DNA from: Clostridia bacterium
GTDB taxonomy: Bacteria > Bacillota > Clostridia > Oscillospirales > CAG-272
Reading direction: 5' to 3'
Length of the DNA: 64,000 bases
NCBI GenBank assembly: GCA_017520505.1
Contig: JAFXFN010000018.1
Location: 184,061-248,060 of the forward strand
Both the position numbers and the translations under genes were made by a program. Below, one piece after another: positions 19,635 to 28,452 of this stretch (the stretch's first letter is position 1; every line of letters starts with the position of its first letter). The notes below the pieces were generated by a model, which saw nothing but the letters and a program-made list of their open reading frames with translations, did no database searches and was not told where the DNA came from.

Positions 19635-21740
19635 TTATTTAATAAAGAGATCAACGATATTGTAGTTTGCGATTATATATGCAAATACAATGGAAACGAT
19701 TGAAAGAAGCTTAATAAGAATGTTTATAGAAGGTCCGCTTGTATCCTTGAAGGGGTCGCCGACTGTATAACCGACAACTGCTGCCTTATGCTGTTCGCTT
19801 CCCTTACCGCCGTGGTTACCGCCTTCGATGTACTTCTTTGCATTATCCCATGCGCCGCCTGCGTTTGACATAAGAATCGCAAGAAGGAATCCCGAAACGA
19901 CAGCACCGCAAAGCATACCTGCAATACCGGAAGGACCGAGGATGATACCTACAACGATAGGCGTTACAACCGCAAGAACTGAAGGAAGTATCATATAATG
20001 GAGTGAAGACTTTGTACAAAGGTCAACGCACTTTCTGTAGTCGGGCTTCGCTGTGCCCTCCATAATACCTGTGATCTCTTTGAACTGACGTCTTACTTCA
20101 ACAACGATACTCTGTGCGGCGTTGCCGACAGCTTCCATTGTCAAAGCCGCGAATACGAACGGAAGCATAGCTCCTACAAACACACCGATGATAACAACGG
20201 GGTTTATGATCTCTGTCATAAGCTCAACACCCATTGCCTCGATCTGCTGCTTGAATGCAACTATGAGCGAAAGCGCTGTGAGTGCGGCAGAGCCTATTGC
20301 AAAGCCCTTACCTGTTGCGGCTGTTGTGTTACCGAGAGAGTCAAGTGCGTCTGTTCTTTCTCTTACAACTTCGTCAAGACCTGCCATCTGTGCAATACCG
20401 CCTGCATTGTCTGCGATAGGTCCGTAAGCATCCGTTGCAAGTGTGATACCAAGGGTTGAAAGCATACCGACAGCGGAAATAGCAATTCCGAAAAGTCCCA
20501 TATTCATACCGTCGCCGAGGTTACCGCCTGAAACAACGAATGATGTAAGAACCGAGATTGCAACTATAACGATGGGGGCAACACAGCTCTTAAGACCGAG
20601 TGAGAAACCGCCGATGATTATTGTAGCAGAACCTGTTTCGGAAGTTGCTGCCAATTTCTGTGTGGGCTTGTATGTGTCAGATGTGAAATATTCTGTGAAA
20701 TAGCCTATGAGAACACCTGCGAGAAGTCCCGAAACAACTGCGCCGTATATGCCGATATATTCCTTACCGAGAATAAACCAGATAAGCGGAAACGCACCGA
20801 CCGCAAATGCAATAGCACTAATGTATGTGCCGCGTCTTAAAGCGGAAAGGAGCACCTTTTGGTCTGTGCTTTCTCCGCAACGTACAAAGAACGTACCAAC
20901 GACCGAGCAAACAACGCCGAGAACTGCAAGAAGCAACGGAAGCACCATTTTATCAAATGATGTAAAGCCTGCCGCAACTGCAAGGGAAAGTGCGGAAACG
21001 ATAGAACCTACATACGACTCGTAAAGGTCAGCGCCCATACCTGCAACGTCACCAACGTTATCACCAACGTTATCTGCAATCGTTGCGGGGTTTCTTGCGT
21101 CGTCTTCGGGAATACCTGCTTCAACCTTGCCGACAAGGTCAGCGCCGACGTCTGCCGCCTTTGTGAAGATACCGCCGCCGACACGTGCGAAAATAGCCAT
21201 AGTCGAAGCACCGATACCGAATGTGATCATATTTGCGGCAATTTCAGTTGTTGTGAGCTTGAATGCAAATCTGAGCAAAAGATACCAGATCGAAATATCG
21301 AGAAGACCGAGACCTACAACAACGAATCCCATAACGGAGCCTGCCGAAAACGCAACACGGAGACCCTTGTTAAGGCTCTTTTGTGCGGCTGTTGTTGTTC
21401 TGCCGTTACCCATTGTGGCGATCTTCATTCCGAGATATCCCGACAAAGCGGAAAATGTACCGCCTGTAAGGAAAGCAAAGGGTGTATATTTGGATATAAG
21501 TGCATTTCCATCGGGTTTAATAAACGAAAGAACGAGAAAAGCAACAAATGCAAACGCAAAGAAAATTATGACAGTTTTGTACTGTCTTTTCAAATACGCA
21601 TTTGCGCCCTGACTTATTGATTTTGAAAGTTCTCTTACCTTTTCACTGCCTTCATCAGCCTTCTTCACCTTCATCGCATTGTAAAAAGCGAAAAGCAAGG
21701 CGATAACTGCACCAACAGGCGCCAAGAATGACAAATCCAT
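19635..21740 (-). CDS. hppA: Membrane-bound ion-translocating pyrophosphatase (K+-dependent type)
   Basis: Motifs DNVGDNVGDVAGMGADL and GNTTAATGKGFAIGSAAL. I chose the start at 21740 (MDLSFLAPVG..., AAAGGAGG 8 nt upstream). The 51 extra N-terminal codons in the ORF track are read-through of the leader. Confidence 0.9.
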   Translation of the reverse strand: MDLSFLAPVGAVIALLFAFYNAMKVKKADEGSEKVRELSKSISQGANAYLKRQYKTVIIFFAFAFVAFLVLSFIKPDGNALISKYTPFAFLTGGTFSALSGYLGMKIATMGNGRTTTAAQKSLNKGLRVAFSAGSVMGFVVVGLGLLDISIWYLLLRFAFKLTTTEIAANMITFGIGASTMAIFARVGGGIFTKAADVGADLVGKVEAGIPEDDARNPATIADNVGDNVGDVAGMGADLYESYVGSIVSALSLAVAAGFTSFDKMVLPLLLAVLGVVCSVVGTFFVRCGESTDQKVLLSALRRGTYISAIAFAVGAFPLIWFILGKEYIGIYGAVVSGLLAGVLIGYFTEYFTSDTYKPTQKLAATSETGSATIIIGGFSLGLKSCVAPIVIVAISVLTSFVVSGGNLGDGMNMGLFGIAISAVGMLSTLGITLATDAYGPIADNAGGIAQMAGLDEVVRERTDALDSLGNTTAATGKGFAIGSAALTALSLIVAFKQQIEAMGVELMTEIINPVVIIGVFVGAMLPFVFAALTMEAVGNAAQSIVVEVRRQFKEITGIMEGTAKPDYRKCVDLCTKSSLHYMILPSVLAVVTPIVVGIILGPSGIAGMLCGAVVSGFLLAILMSNAGGAWDNAKKYIEGGNHGGKGSEQHKAAVVGYTVGDPFKDTSGPSINILIKLLSIVSIVFAYIIANYNIVDLFIK

Positions 21741-21818
21741 ACAGTAAACCTCCTTTAACCGCTGAACGGTCAAGACATATTTTAAGTATTTACAGTTTTT
21801 TATAACTGTATTGAAGTA

Positions 21819-21847
21819 AGTATAGCAAAATGGGTCGATTTTGTCAA
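21819..21847 (-). promoter_or_regulatory. Sigma-A-type promoter of hppA
   Basis: Minus strand TTGACA (21847-21842), 17 nt, TATACT (21824-21819). Confidence 0.6.
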
Positions 21848-22053
21848 TAGAAAACGCAATAATTTTAACAAAAATGTTATTTTTCACACCCAATGAAGAT
21901 TCAAATATTACATTTTAACATCTTTTTATCTCAAAATAACATTATTTTCTTTTAATCAAAGCGAAAATAATTAAATTAGTCATCATAGTGCAAAATTAAC
22001 ATTACACGAGAATGAATTTTAACAACAGGAAATCACGAATTATTAATACCGTA

Positions 22054-22082
22054 TTGACATAACAAGGAAATTATTTTATAAT
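22054..22082 (+). promoter_or_regulatory. Consensus sigma-A promoter of the solute-binding protein gene
   Basis: TTGACA (22054-22059), 17 nt, TATAAT (22077-22082). Confidence 0.65.
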
Positions 22083-22115
22083 TATCATACAACATAAAAG
22101 GAGGGATCAGTAAAA

Positions 22116-23588
22116 GTGAAAAATAAAAGGCTTTTGGCATTTATAACCGCTTGTATTGCGGTATTTCCTGTTTTGTCAGCTTGCGGTGGTAATTCACAGC
22201 AAACAAGCGCTCCTTCAAGCGGGGTTGTCGCAGAACAAACGCAAGACGATAAAAATTATACGATAGAGCTTCCCGAAGAATCGTATGAAAACCGTGATTT
22301 TGTTATCCTTTGTGAGGGCGGCGCAGGCTCGCTTTGGGCAAATAATGAGGATTTTTTTCTTGAAGAAGACTCCGACGACGGTGTAAAAAGCGCAATATAT
22401 CAGCGTGTGCAGATAATGAAAGAAGAGTATGGAATAAACATTATTCCTCATTTAAGCACCTCGACAACAGAAGCCTTACACACGAGCATACAATCAGGCG
22501 ACAACGCTTACAATGCAATTTTTGCAATGCAGTCAAAAATTACGACGAGTGCGGCAAACGGCGATCTTATGGACCTTTTTGAAGCTGAAAATATCGACCT
22601 TTCAAAGCACTATTGGGATCAGAACGTTCCGGAGCTTCTTTCAATATCAAATCAGCTTTTCTTTACAACGGGTGATATTCTCACAATGGAGGAGCTTGCC
22701 TCTTGGGTACTTACCTTCAACAAAAAAATGGCTAAAATGAATGATCTGCCCGATCTTTATCAGCTTGTCCGTGACAACGAATGGACGATTGATAAATTCA
22801 ATGAGCTGCTTGCCGGGATTTCAGTCGATAACGGCGACGGCATCTGGGATCACACCGATACATACGCACTTGCAACACATAATGACAACGCTTACGGTTT
22901 ATTTTACTCCTGCGGTTTGAGATTTGTCACGAAGGACAAGGACGATATTCCGATAATGAATATTGACGAAATGAGCAAAATCGTCAAGGTTGCCGAAATG
23001 ACTGTTGAGATGCAGGAACGTGAAAATAAAACAATAAATGCGCACGACTGGATAAATGTAAATCCCCTGGCACACGAAATAACCATCGAAGCATTTCAGG
23101 AGGACCGTGCCTTGTTCTTCGCCGAAACACTCGATGCAGTCATAAAATTACGTGATATGGAAACTGATTTCGGTATAATTCCCTTGCCGAAATATGATAC
23201 ACAGCAGGAAAATTACATCACCTTTGTTAATCCCGCAGGTTCATTTGTAGGTATACCGAAATCCGAGCAAGCACGTGACGGCGGATATTTTGCAAGCTAT
23301 GCGCTCGAGGCGATGGCTTATCTCGGTTACAAGCACATAACACCTCAATTTATAGAAAAAGCAGTTATGGGCAAATCAACAAGAGATGATGAATCGGTCG
23401 ATATGCTCCGCATCATATTTGCAAACAGAACATACGATCTCGGTATAATATGCGGATTCGGAGATATTGCAACCGATTATTCGGAGCTTATCAACGGCGG
23501 CAAGAGTGCTGTGAACTCTGCATTTGCCAGAAAGCAAAAAAGAGCCGCACAGGAAATAAAAGATTTTGTATCAAAAATAACCGAATAA
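22116..23588 (+). CDS. ABC-type extracellular solute-binding lipoprotein (sugar/oligosaccharide family 1-like)
   Basis: GTG start with AGGAGGG upstream. Lipobox VLSACGG. The size and composition are typical of carbohydrate SBPs. No adjacent permease genes. Confidence 0.7.
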   Translation: MKNKRLLAFITACIAVFPVLSACGGNSQQTSAPSSGVVAEQTQDDKNYTIELPEESYENRDFVILCEGGAGSLWANNEDFFLEEDSDDGVKSAIYQRVQIMKEEYGINIIPHLSTSTTEALHTSIQSGDNAYNAIFAMQSKITTSAANGDLMDLFEAENIDLSKHYWDQNVPELLSISNQLFFTTGDILTMEELASWVLTFNKKMAKMNDLPDLYQLVRDNEWTIDKFNELLAGISVDNGDGIWDHTDTYALATHNDNAYGLFYSCGLRFVTKDKDDIPIMNIDEMSKIVKVAEMTVEMQERENKTINAHDWINVNPLAHEITIEAFQEDRALFFAETLDAVIKLRDMETDFGIIPLPKYDTQQENYITFVNPAGSFVGIPKSEQARDGGYFASYALEAMAYLGYKHITPQFIEKAVMGKSTRDDESVDMLRIIFANRTYDLGIICGFGDIATDYSELINGGKSAVNSAFARKQKRAAQEIKDFVSKITE

Positions 23589-23591
23589 ATC

Positions 23592-23620
23592 AAAAAGCGT
23601 TGTCGCTGACAACGCTTTTT
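23592..23620. terminator. Bidirectional intrinsic terminator between convergent genes
   Basis: AAAAA-GCGTTGTC-GCT-GACAACGC-TTTTT. Confidence 0.8.
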
Positions 23621-23629
23621 ATTTATATT

Positions 23630-24901
23630 CTATATTCCGTAAACGAGCCAGATGTAAATATATGCAGGTATGATTGCCGCCAACGTAAAGGGGATTCCTA
23701 TTTTGAAGAAGTCACTGTTTTTGACTTCGTATCCCTCACGGCGGAGTATTCCGATACCTGTGATATTTGCAGATGCACCGATGGGTGTGCAGTTACCGCC
23801 GAGTGTTGCACCTGAAAGCAGACCGAACAAGAACGGTGTGGGATCAACTCCGAGTGTTGTTGCAAGTCCCATCAAAACGGGGATCATTGTTGCAACATAA
23901 GGAATGTTATCAATAAACGCCGAAATAACAACAGATGCCCATACGATTATCGTATAAAGCACGAAGAGATTTCCGCCTCCCGCTTTTGCAAGAAGATCGG
24001 CTGCCGCTTTGATAACTCCCTGTTCTTCAATTGCACCTATCATTAAAAACAGACCTACAAGAATACCTATTGTTTCAAAATCTATTTCTTTAAGATGAGC
24101 TGTAACAGCTGAAAATGTTTTCTTTCTTACAAACGAAATAACAAGACCTACCGCAAAGAGAATACAGCATATAACACCGTTTGTAATGTAAGGCTTTTCG
24201 GGAATAAACGATGCGATTATAAGCAGTAAGAGCGTACCGCACAAAAGGTATGTGGGGATAAGATCCGTAACGACCGTGCGTGTGCCCGATTTGGGTATGC
24301 GGTCTTTTTTATTGTTAAACTGAATGAAAAGTATCAGCGCAGAGATAACAGCGCCAAGTTCAACAGCGAAGAATATACTTGCCTTTCCGTGATAAACAAA
24401 GAAATCAACGAAGCTCATATCAAGAGCCGAACCGAGCATAATCGCCGTAGTATCGCCGACAAGCGTTGCCGCACCCTGCAAATTTGACGAAACTGCAATG
24501 GCAATTATAACAGGAACAGGGTTCGTCTTGAGCTTTTTGCATATTTCCAAAGCGATGGGGGCTATCATCAAAACAGTTGCAACATTATCAACGAATGCCG
24601 AAATCACTCCTGCAAAAAGCGACAGCGAAACTGCAGCCATCTGAACCGTTTTGACACGCTCCATAAGAAGATCAGCAAGAAGCGACGGCATTTTACTTTC
24701 GATAAACAGCGAAACAAGTCCCATTGTACCCGCTATCATCAATATAACATTAAAATCAAATGCGCCGATGATATTTCCAAAAGGAAGCATACCCGTGGCA
24801 ATAAAAACAATGCCGGATGCAAGAGCAATATAACACCTGTATTTACTGAATACAAGCATCAAAACGTAGGTAACTGCAAAAATAATAAGTGCCGGGATCA
24901 T
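23630..24901 (-). CDS. ArsB/NhaD-superfamily (SLC13/CitMHS-like) anion permease
   Basis: 423 aa polytopic membrane protein with an internally duplicated architecture and motifs such as GDTTAIMLG and GGNCTPIGASAN. Confidence 0.65.
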   Translation of the reverse strand: MIPALIIFAVTYVLMLVFSKYRCYIALASGIVFIATGMLPFGNIIGAFDFNVILMIAGTMGLVSLFIESKMPSLLADLLMERVKTVQMAAVSLSLFAGVISAFVDNVATVLMIAPIALEICKKLKTNPVPVIIAIAVSSNLQGAATLVGDTTAIMLGSALDMSFVDFFVYHGKASIFFAVELGAVISALILFIQFNNKKDRIPKSGTRTVVTDLIPTYLLCGTLLLLIIASFIPEKPYITNGVICCILFAVGLVISFVRKKTFSAVTAHLKEIDFETIGILVGLFLMIGAIEEQGVIKAAADLLAKAGGGNLFVLYTIIVWASVVISAFIDNIPYVATMIPVLMGLATTLGVDPTPFLFGLLSGATLGGNCTPIGASANITGIGILRREGYEVKNSDFFKIGIPFTLAAIIPAYIYIWLVYGI

Positions 24902-24917
24902 AAAAACTCCTTTAATT

Positions 24918-25817
24918 TTATTTCTTTATCTTTTTTGAAAAAACATTGAGTAAAACATATATAACAGTAAATACGACAACCGATGCTATAAGCACAAAAA
25001 GCATTACATCCGTACCGACAGCCGTATCTGCAAAATAAATATTACAGTCCACCGAATCCTTCAAAGAAGCTACAGCCTCATTCGGCACACCGATATTTTT
25101 CATTTCTTCAAAAGCACCGTTCATACAGTGGTTTCGCAAAAGCGACGTGCCGTAAGTGAACGGTAAAAATGACAACGCATCACGAAGTCCTTCGGGAAAT
25201 TGCGACATCGGCATATAAGCGCCGCATATAAATCCGTATCCTGCGCTTATTATTGCGCTGACGGCTGACATTTGTCCCTGTGTTGACAGAAAAAAGCTTA
25301 CAACTGAGGAAAGCGAAGCGCCAAGCAGTGAAAGCAATAAAACATCTGCCAATATGAGAAGAACATCAGAAAAGCTTAAATACCAACCAACGGAATAAAC
25401 ATAAATAAATCCCACGGCCGTTGTAACAAGGCAAACAATAACAGTTATAAAAAACGTTGCAATATAATATCCGAGGGCAAGCTTTGAAGACTTCAAGGGT
25501 GATATGAGCATATCATTTACAGTTTTATTTGCTTTATCCTGCACAGAGAGAAGATTTGAGCAAAATGCAACCGTAATACAACTCACAGCCAACAGCGATG
25601 ACAAAAGCTGAGAAGCAACAGTACCGTTTATAAGCTTTTCATCGAATTTGATAAAATCGGGAATTCCCGATGTAAACGCATCACGGTAAACATTTGAAAG
25701 AAATGTCGCATACAAAACGAGAAGAATTAGCGGTGTTATAAGCGAGGTGAAAAACATTCCCTTATCACGGAAGAACATTTTGACATTTCTCAATGTGATA
25801 TACATAAGTGTGTTCAT
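24918..25817 (-). CDS. ABC-2 type transporter permease
   Basis: Six-TM hydrophobic profile. 4-nt overlap with the upstream ABC ATPase. Confidence 0.75.
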   Translation of the reverse strand: MNTLMYITLRNVKMFFRDKGMFFTSLITPLILLVLYATFLSNVYRDAFTSGIPDFIKFDEKLINGTVASQLLSSLLAVSCITVAFCSNLLSVQDKANKTVNDMLISPLKSSKLALGYYIATFFITVIVCLVTTAVGFIYVYSVGWYLSFSDVLLILADVLLLSLLGASLSSVVSFFLSTQGQMSAVSAIISAGYGFICGAYMPMSQFPEGLRDALSFLPFTYGTSLLRNHCMNGAFEEMKNIGVPNEAVASLKDSVDCNIYFADTAVGTDVMLFVLIASVVVFTVIYVLLNVFSKKIKK

Positions 25818-26713
25818 CGGCTGACACCTCCGTGAAGCTCTTTTCCCGTTACGGCAAGAAAAACATCGTCCATTTTTCCCTTTGTTATCTCAAAATCAAC
25901 AAAAAGCTCACGGTTATTTCCGATAAGCTCAGCCGCTTTGCTTGTATTTTCGATAAATAACTTACAGTATGAATCATCGAAAATGTAAGGCAAACCAAGC
26001 TTTTTTACGTCTTTTTCATCAACACCGTAAAGAGTAACGGTATCTTTTGTATACTTATTTTTAAGTTCAAGAGGTGTGCCTTCGGCAATTATTTCCCCGC
26101 TGTCGATAATAACGATGTGATCGGAATCTGCCGCCTCTTCCATATAGTGTGTAGTGAGTAAGACAGTAAGTCCTTCTCTGCGGAGATCTTCGATCACCTG
26201 CCACAGAGTTTTTCTTGTTTGCGGATCGAGTCCCGTCGTCGGTTCATCGAGTATAAGAAGTGATGGAGAGTGAAAAAGCGCACGGGCAATATCAGCCTTT
26301 CTTCGCTGACCGCCTGAAAGCTTGCCAACCGGTCGGTTTAATATTTCGCCCATATCAAGAAGCCCTGACAGTTCATTCAGTCTTTTTTGAAACCTTTCGC
26401 CCGTTATACCGTAAAAAGATGCTCTGTATTTCAGATTATCATAAACGGAAAGAGGCATATCAAGCACAGATGACTGAAAAACAACACCTATTTTATCTTT
26501 AACCTTTTCAGAACTTTGACCGCATACGTTAATTGTTCCAAAGTCGGGTGTCAAAAGTCCGCACAGCATCGATATGGTCGTAGATTTTCCCGCACCGTTA
26601 ACACCTAAAAATGAAAAAAGACTTCCCTTTTCAACGGAAAAACTGATATTTTTAACCGCCTTTACTTCTCCAAAGCTTTTCGATAGATTTTCTATTTCAA
26701 TTATTTTTTCCAT
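25814..26713 (-). CDS. ABC transporter ATP-binding protein (DrrA/CcmA-like)
   Basis: Walker A GVNGAGKST, signature LSGGQRRK, Walker B LLILDEPTTGLD. Confidence 0.9.
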   Translation of the reverse strand: MEKIIEIENLSKSFGEVKAVKNISFSVEKGSLFSFLGVNGAGKSTTISMLCGLLTPDFGTINVCGQSSEKVKDKIGVVFQSSVLDMPLSVYDNLKYRASFYGITGERFQKRLNELSGLLDMGEILNRPVGKLSGGQRRKADIARALFHSPSLLILDEPTTGLDPQTRKTLWQVIEDLRREGLTVLLTTHYMEEAADSDHIVIIDSGEIIAEGTPLELKNKYTKDTVTLYGVDEKDVKKLGLPYIFDDSYCKLFIENTSKAAELIGNNRELFVDFEITKGKMDDVFLAVTGKELHGGVSR

Positions 26714-26740
26714 ATTTTCTCCCGAAACAAAATCTTTACT

Positions 26741-26769
26741 ATTATACTACCTATGTCGTTTTTTGTCAA
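26741..26769 (-). promoter_or_regulatory. Consensus sigma-A promoter of the ABC-2 exporter operon
   Basis: Minus strand TTGACA (26769-26764), 17 nt, TATAAT (26746-26741). Confidence 0.65.
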
Positions 26770-26790
26770 TTATAATTTTGAAAACATTGC

Positions 26791-26834
26791 AAAAAATAAT
26801 CCGAGGCTCATAAAATAATGAACCTCGGATTATT
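26791..26834 (-). terminator. Intrinsic terminator downstream of the LRR-dockerin gene
   Basis: Minus strand AATAATCCGAGG...CCTCGGATTATT hairpin followed by TTTTTT. Confidence 0.75.
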
Positions 26835-26862
26835 TAAATCATTTAAAATTCACTTGTTCAAA

Positions 26863-28341
26863 TCATTTCCAAGAGCCGAAAGCCAAGAATGTTTCCAGTG
26901 CGTTTACGTCAGCACCACCAAGTCTTGTATTACCGTCGCAGTTGGCTGCAAAGAATTCAACCGTTCCCTTATCAGGAGCAGATTCAAGCGCCAGATTAAG
27001 CGAATTAACGTCAGCACCCGTGAAACGTCCGTTTCCATCAAGGTCACCTACAAGTACAAGCTGGTATGTCTTTGCAACATTGCCTTCAGCATCAAGAAGC
27101 TGTACGGAATACTTGGAAGAAAGTCTTGATGTTGATGTTACAACTTCGTTTGCAGCATCAACAACCTGAATGAATCCGGCATCTGTTGCGATATTAGCCA
27201 TAAATGCTTCCAAGCTTTCACCAGCATTGGATCCGGCTTTTATAATCACAGCGCCCACAGTTTCATCAACTGAATATGCACTATTTTCTATAAGCTCAAT
27301 AGCTTCGGGGGCTGTTACAACATCGTCGCCGCTTTCATTATCGTCTTCTGTATAGTTGTAAGTAACTGTAGCTGTCGCGAGGACATCGTTACCTGTGTTT
27401 ATGTGAGTGGAAGTCCAAGCTTCTTCTGTTGATCTGCAGTAGATATTGGCAAGAGCTGTACAACCGTCAAAAGCATTATTATAAATTACAGCAACGCCTT
27501 CGATCTCAGTCTTTGTGGGATCCTTTACCGCAAGCTGTGCAATAGAATACTGAGCCTTTGATATGTTGCTATACGCATAACATCTGATATCTTCTCTATT
27601 GGACTTTGTATCTGTGGAAAGATATCTGTTGTTCCAAGCGGGAGAGAGCCATGCGCCTGTGTTTTCTTCGTATACCCAAACAGTGGAAATTTCATCGCCC
27701 TGAACCGTTTCGCCGGTCGTTTCGTCTACAACTTTCTTATAGAGAGGAACTGTATCTGTCCACTGGATATCTGTAGTACTGCTACTTGCAAGATAGAAGT
27801 ATTCCTTTACCTCGCCGTAATAGTAGTAGAAACGGTAAGCAGGTTCACCGTCTGCCGTTGTAGCAGCTTCAAGATAGTAATCACGTGCGTTTGTTGCACT
27901 GGGAGTAGCCTTGAGAGACTTGGAAACAGAATTTGCAAAAACAGTACCGTTCATGTTAGTAGCCATAAGTTTGTATGGAGTGTCTACTTCAAATTCAGTA
28001 ACAGGAATATAGGGATGATATGCAGCAGTCAACACAACGCTTTCAAGCGCTGTACAGCCTGCAAAAGCATACGCACCGATAGAAAGAATGTCATCGCCGA
28101 TAACAACTTTCTTGATATCCGCTGCATAGCTTGCCCAAGGAGCAGGCTCCGTATCGGTGTACGAATACATATAGCCCTCACCGCTTATAGTGAGTGTACC
28201 GGCATCATCAAGTGTCCATGTAAGATTGCTTCCGCATTCGCCGTTTGCAACTTCCGCTGCAGTTACAGCAGATATGGAAAGGATCGCTGTTGCAATCATT
28301 GCAACACAAAGAACGAGTGATAAAAACCTTTTCATTTTCAA
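26863..28341 (-). CDS. Secreted BspA-type leucine-rich-repeat protein with C-terminal dockerin (non-catalytic cellulosomal component)
   Basis: Signal peptide MKMKRFLSLVLCVAMIATAILSISA. LRR units IGAYAFAGCTALESVVL and NNAFDGCTALANIYC. The C-terminal duplicated Ca-binding segments DLDGNGRFTGADVNSL and CDGNTRLGGADVNAL form a dockerin. Confidence 0.8.
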   Translation of the reverse strand: MKMKRFLSLVLCVAMIATAILSISAVTAAEVANGECGSNLTWTLDDAGTLTISGEGYMYSYTDTEPAPWASYAADIKKVVIGDDILSIGAYAFAGCTALESVVLTAAYHPYIPVTEFEVDTPYKLMATNMNGTVFANSVSKSLKATPSATNARDYYLEAATTADGEPAYRFYYYYGEVKEYFYLASSSTTDIQWTDTVPLYKKVVDETTGETVQGDEISTVWVYEENTGAWLSPAWNNRYLSTDTKSNREDIRCYAYSNISKAQYSIAQLAVKDPTKTEIEGVAVIYNNAFDGCTALANIYCRSTEEAWTSTHINTGNDVLATATVTYNYTEDDNESGDDVVTAPEAIELIENSAYSVDETVGAVIIKAGSNAGESLEAFMANIATDAGFIQVVDAANEVVTSTSRLSSKYSVQLLDAEGNVAKTYQLVLVGDLDGNGRFTGADVNSLNLALESAPDKGTVEFFAANCDGNTRLGGADVNALETFLAFGSWK

Positions 28342-28452
28342 ATTTCTCCTTTTTTGGTGATATTTTTTAGGCTTACTGACAAATTATATCATCGTACGCA
28401 ATTATACATATATACTAACTGTAAACTTTCAGTTAATACCGTTTTTGACACA

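Noticed and set aside
21741-21893. 51-codon N-terminal extension of hppA in the ORF track
   Set aside because: A strong RBS (AAAGGAGG) precedes the internal ATG at 21740, which begins the conserved MDLSFLAP N-terminus. The predicted promoter lies inside the extension.
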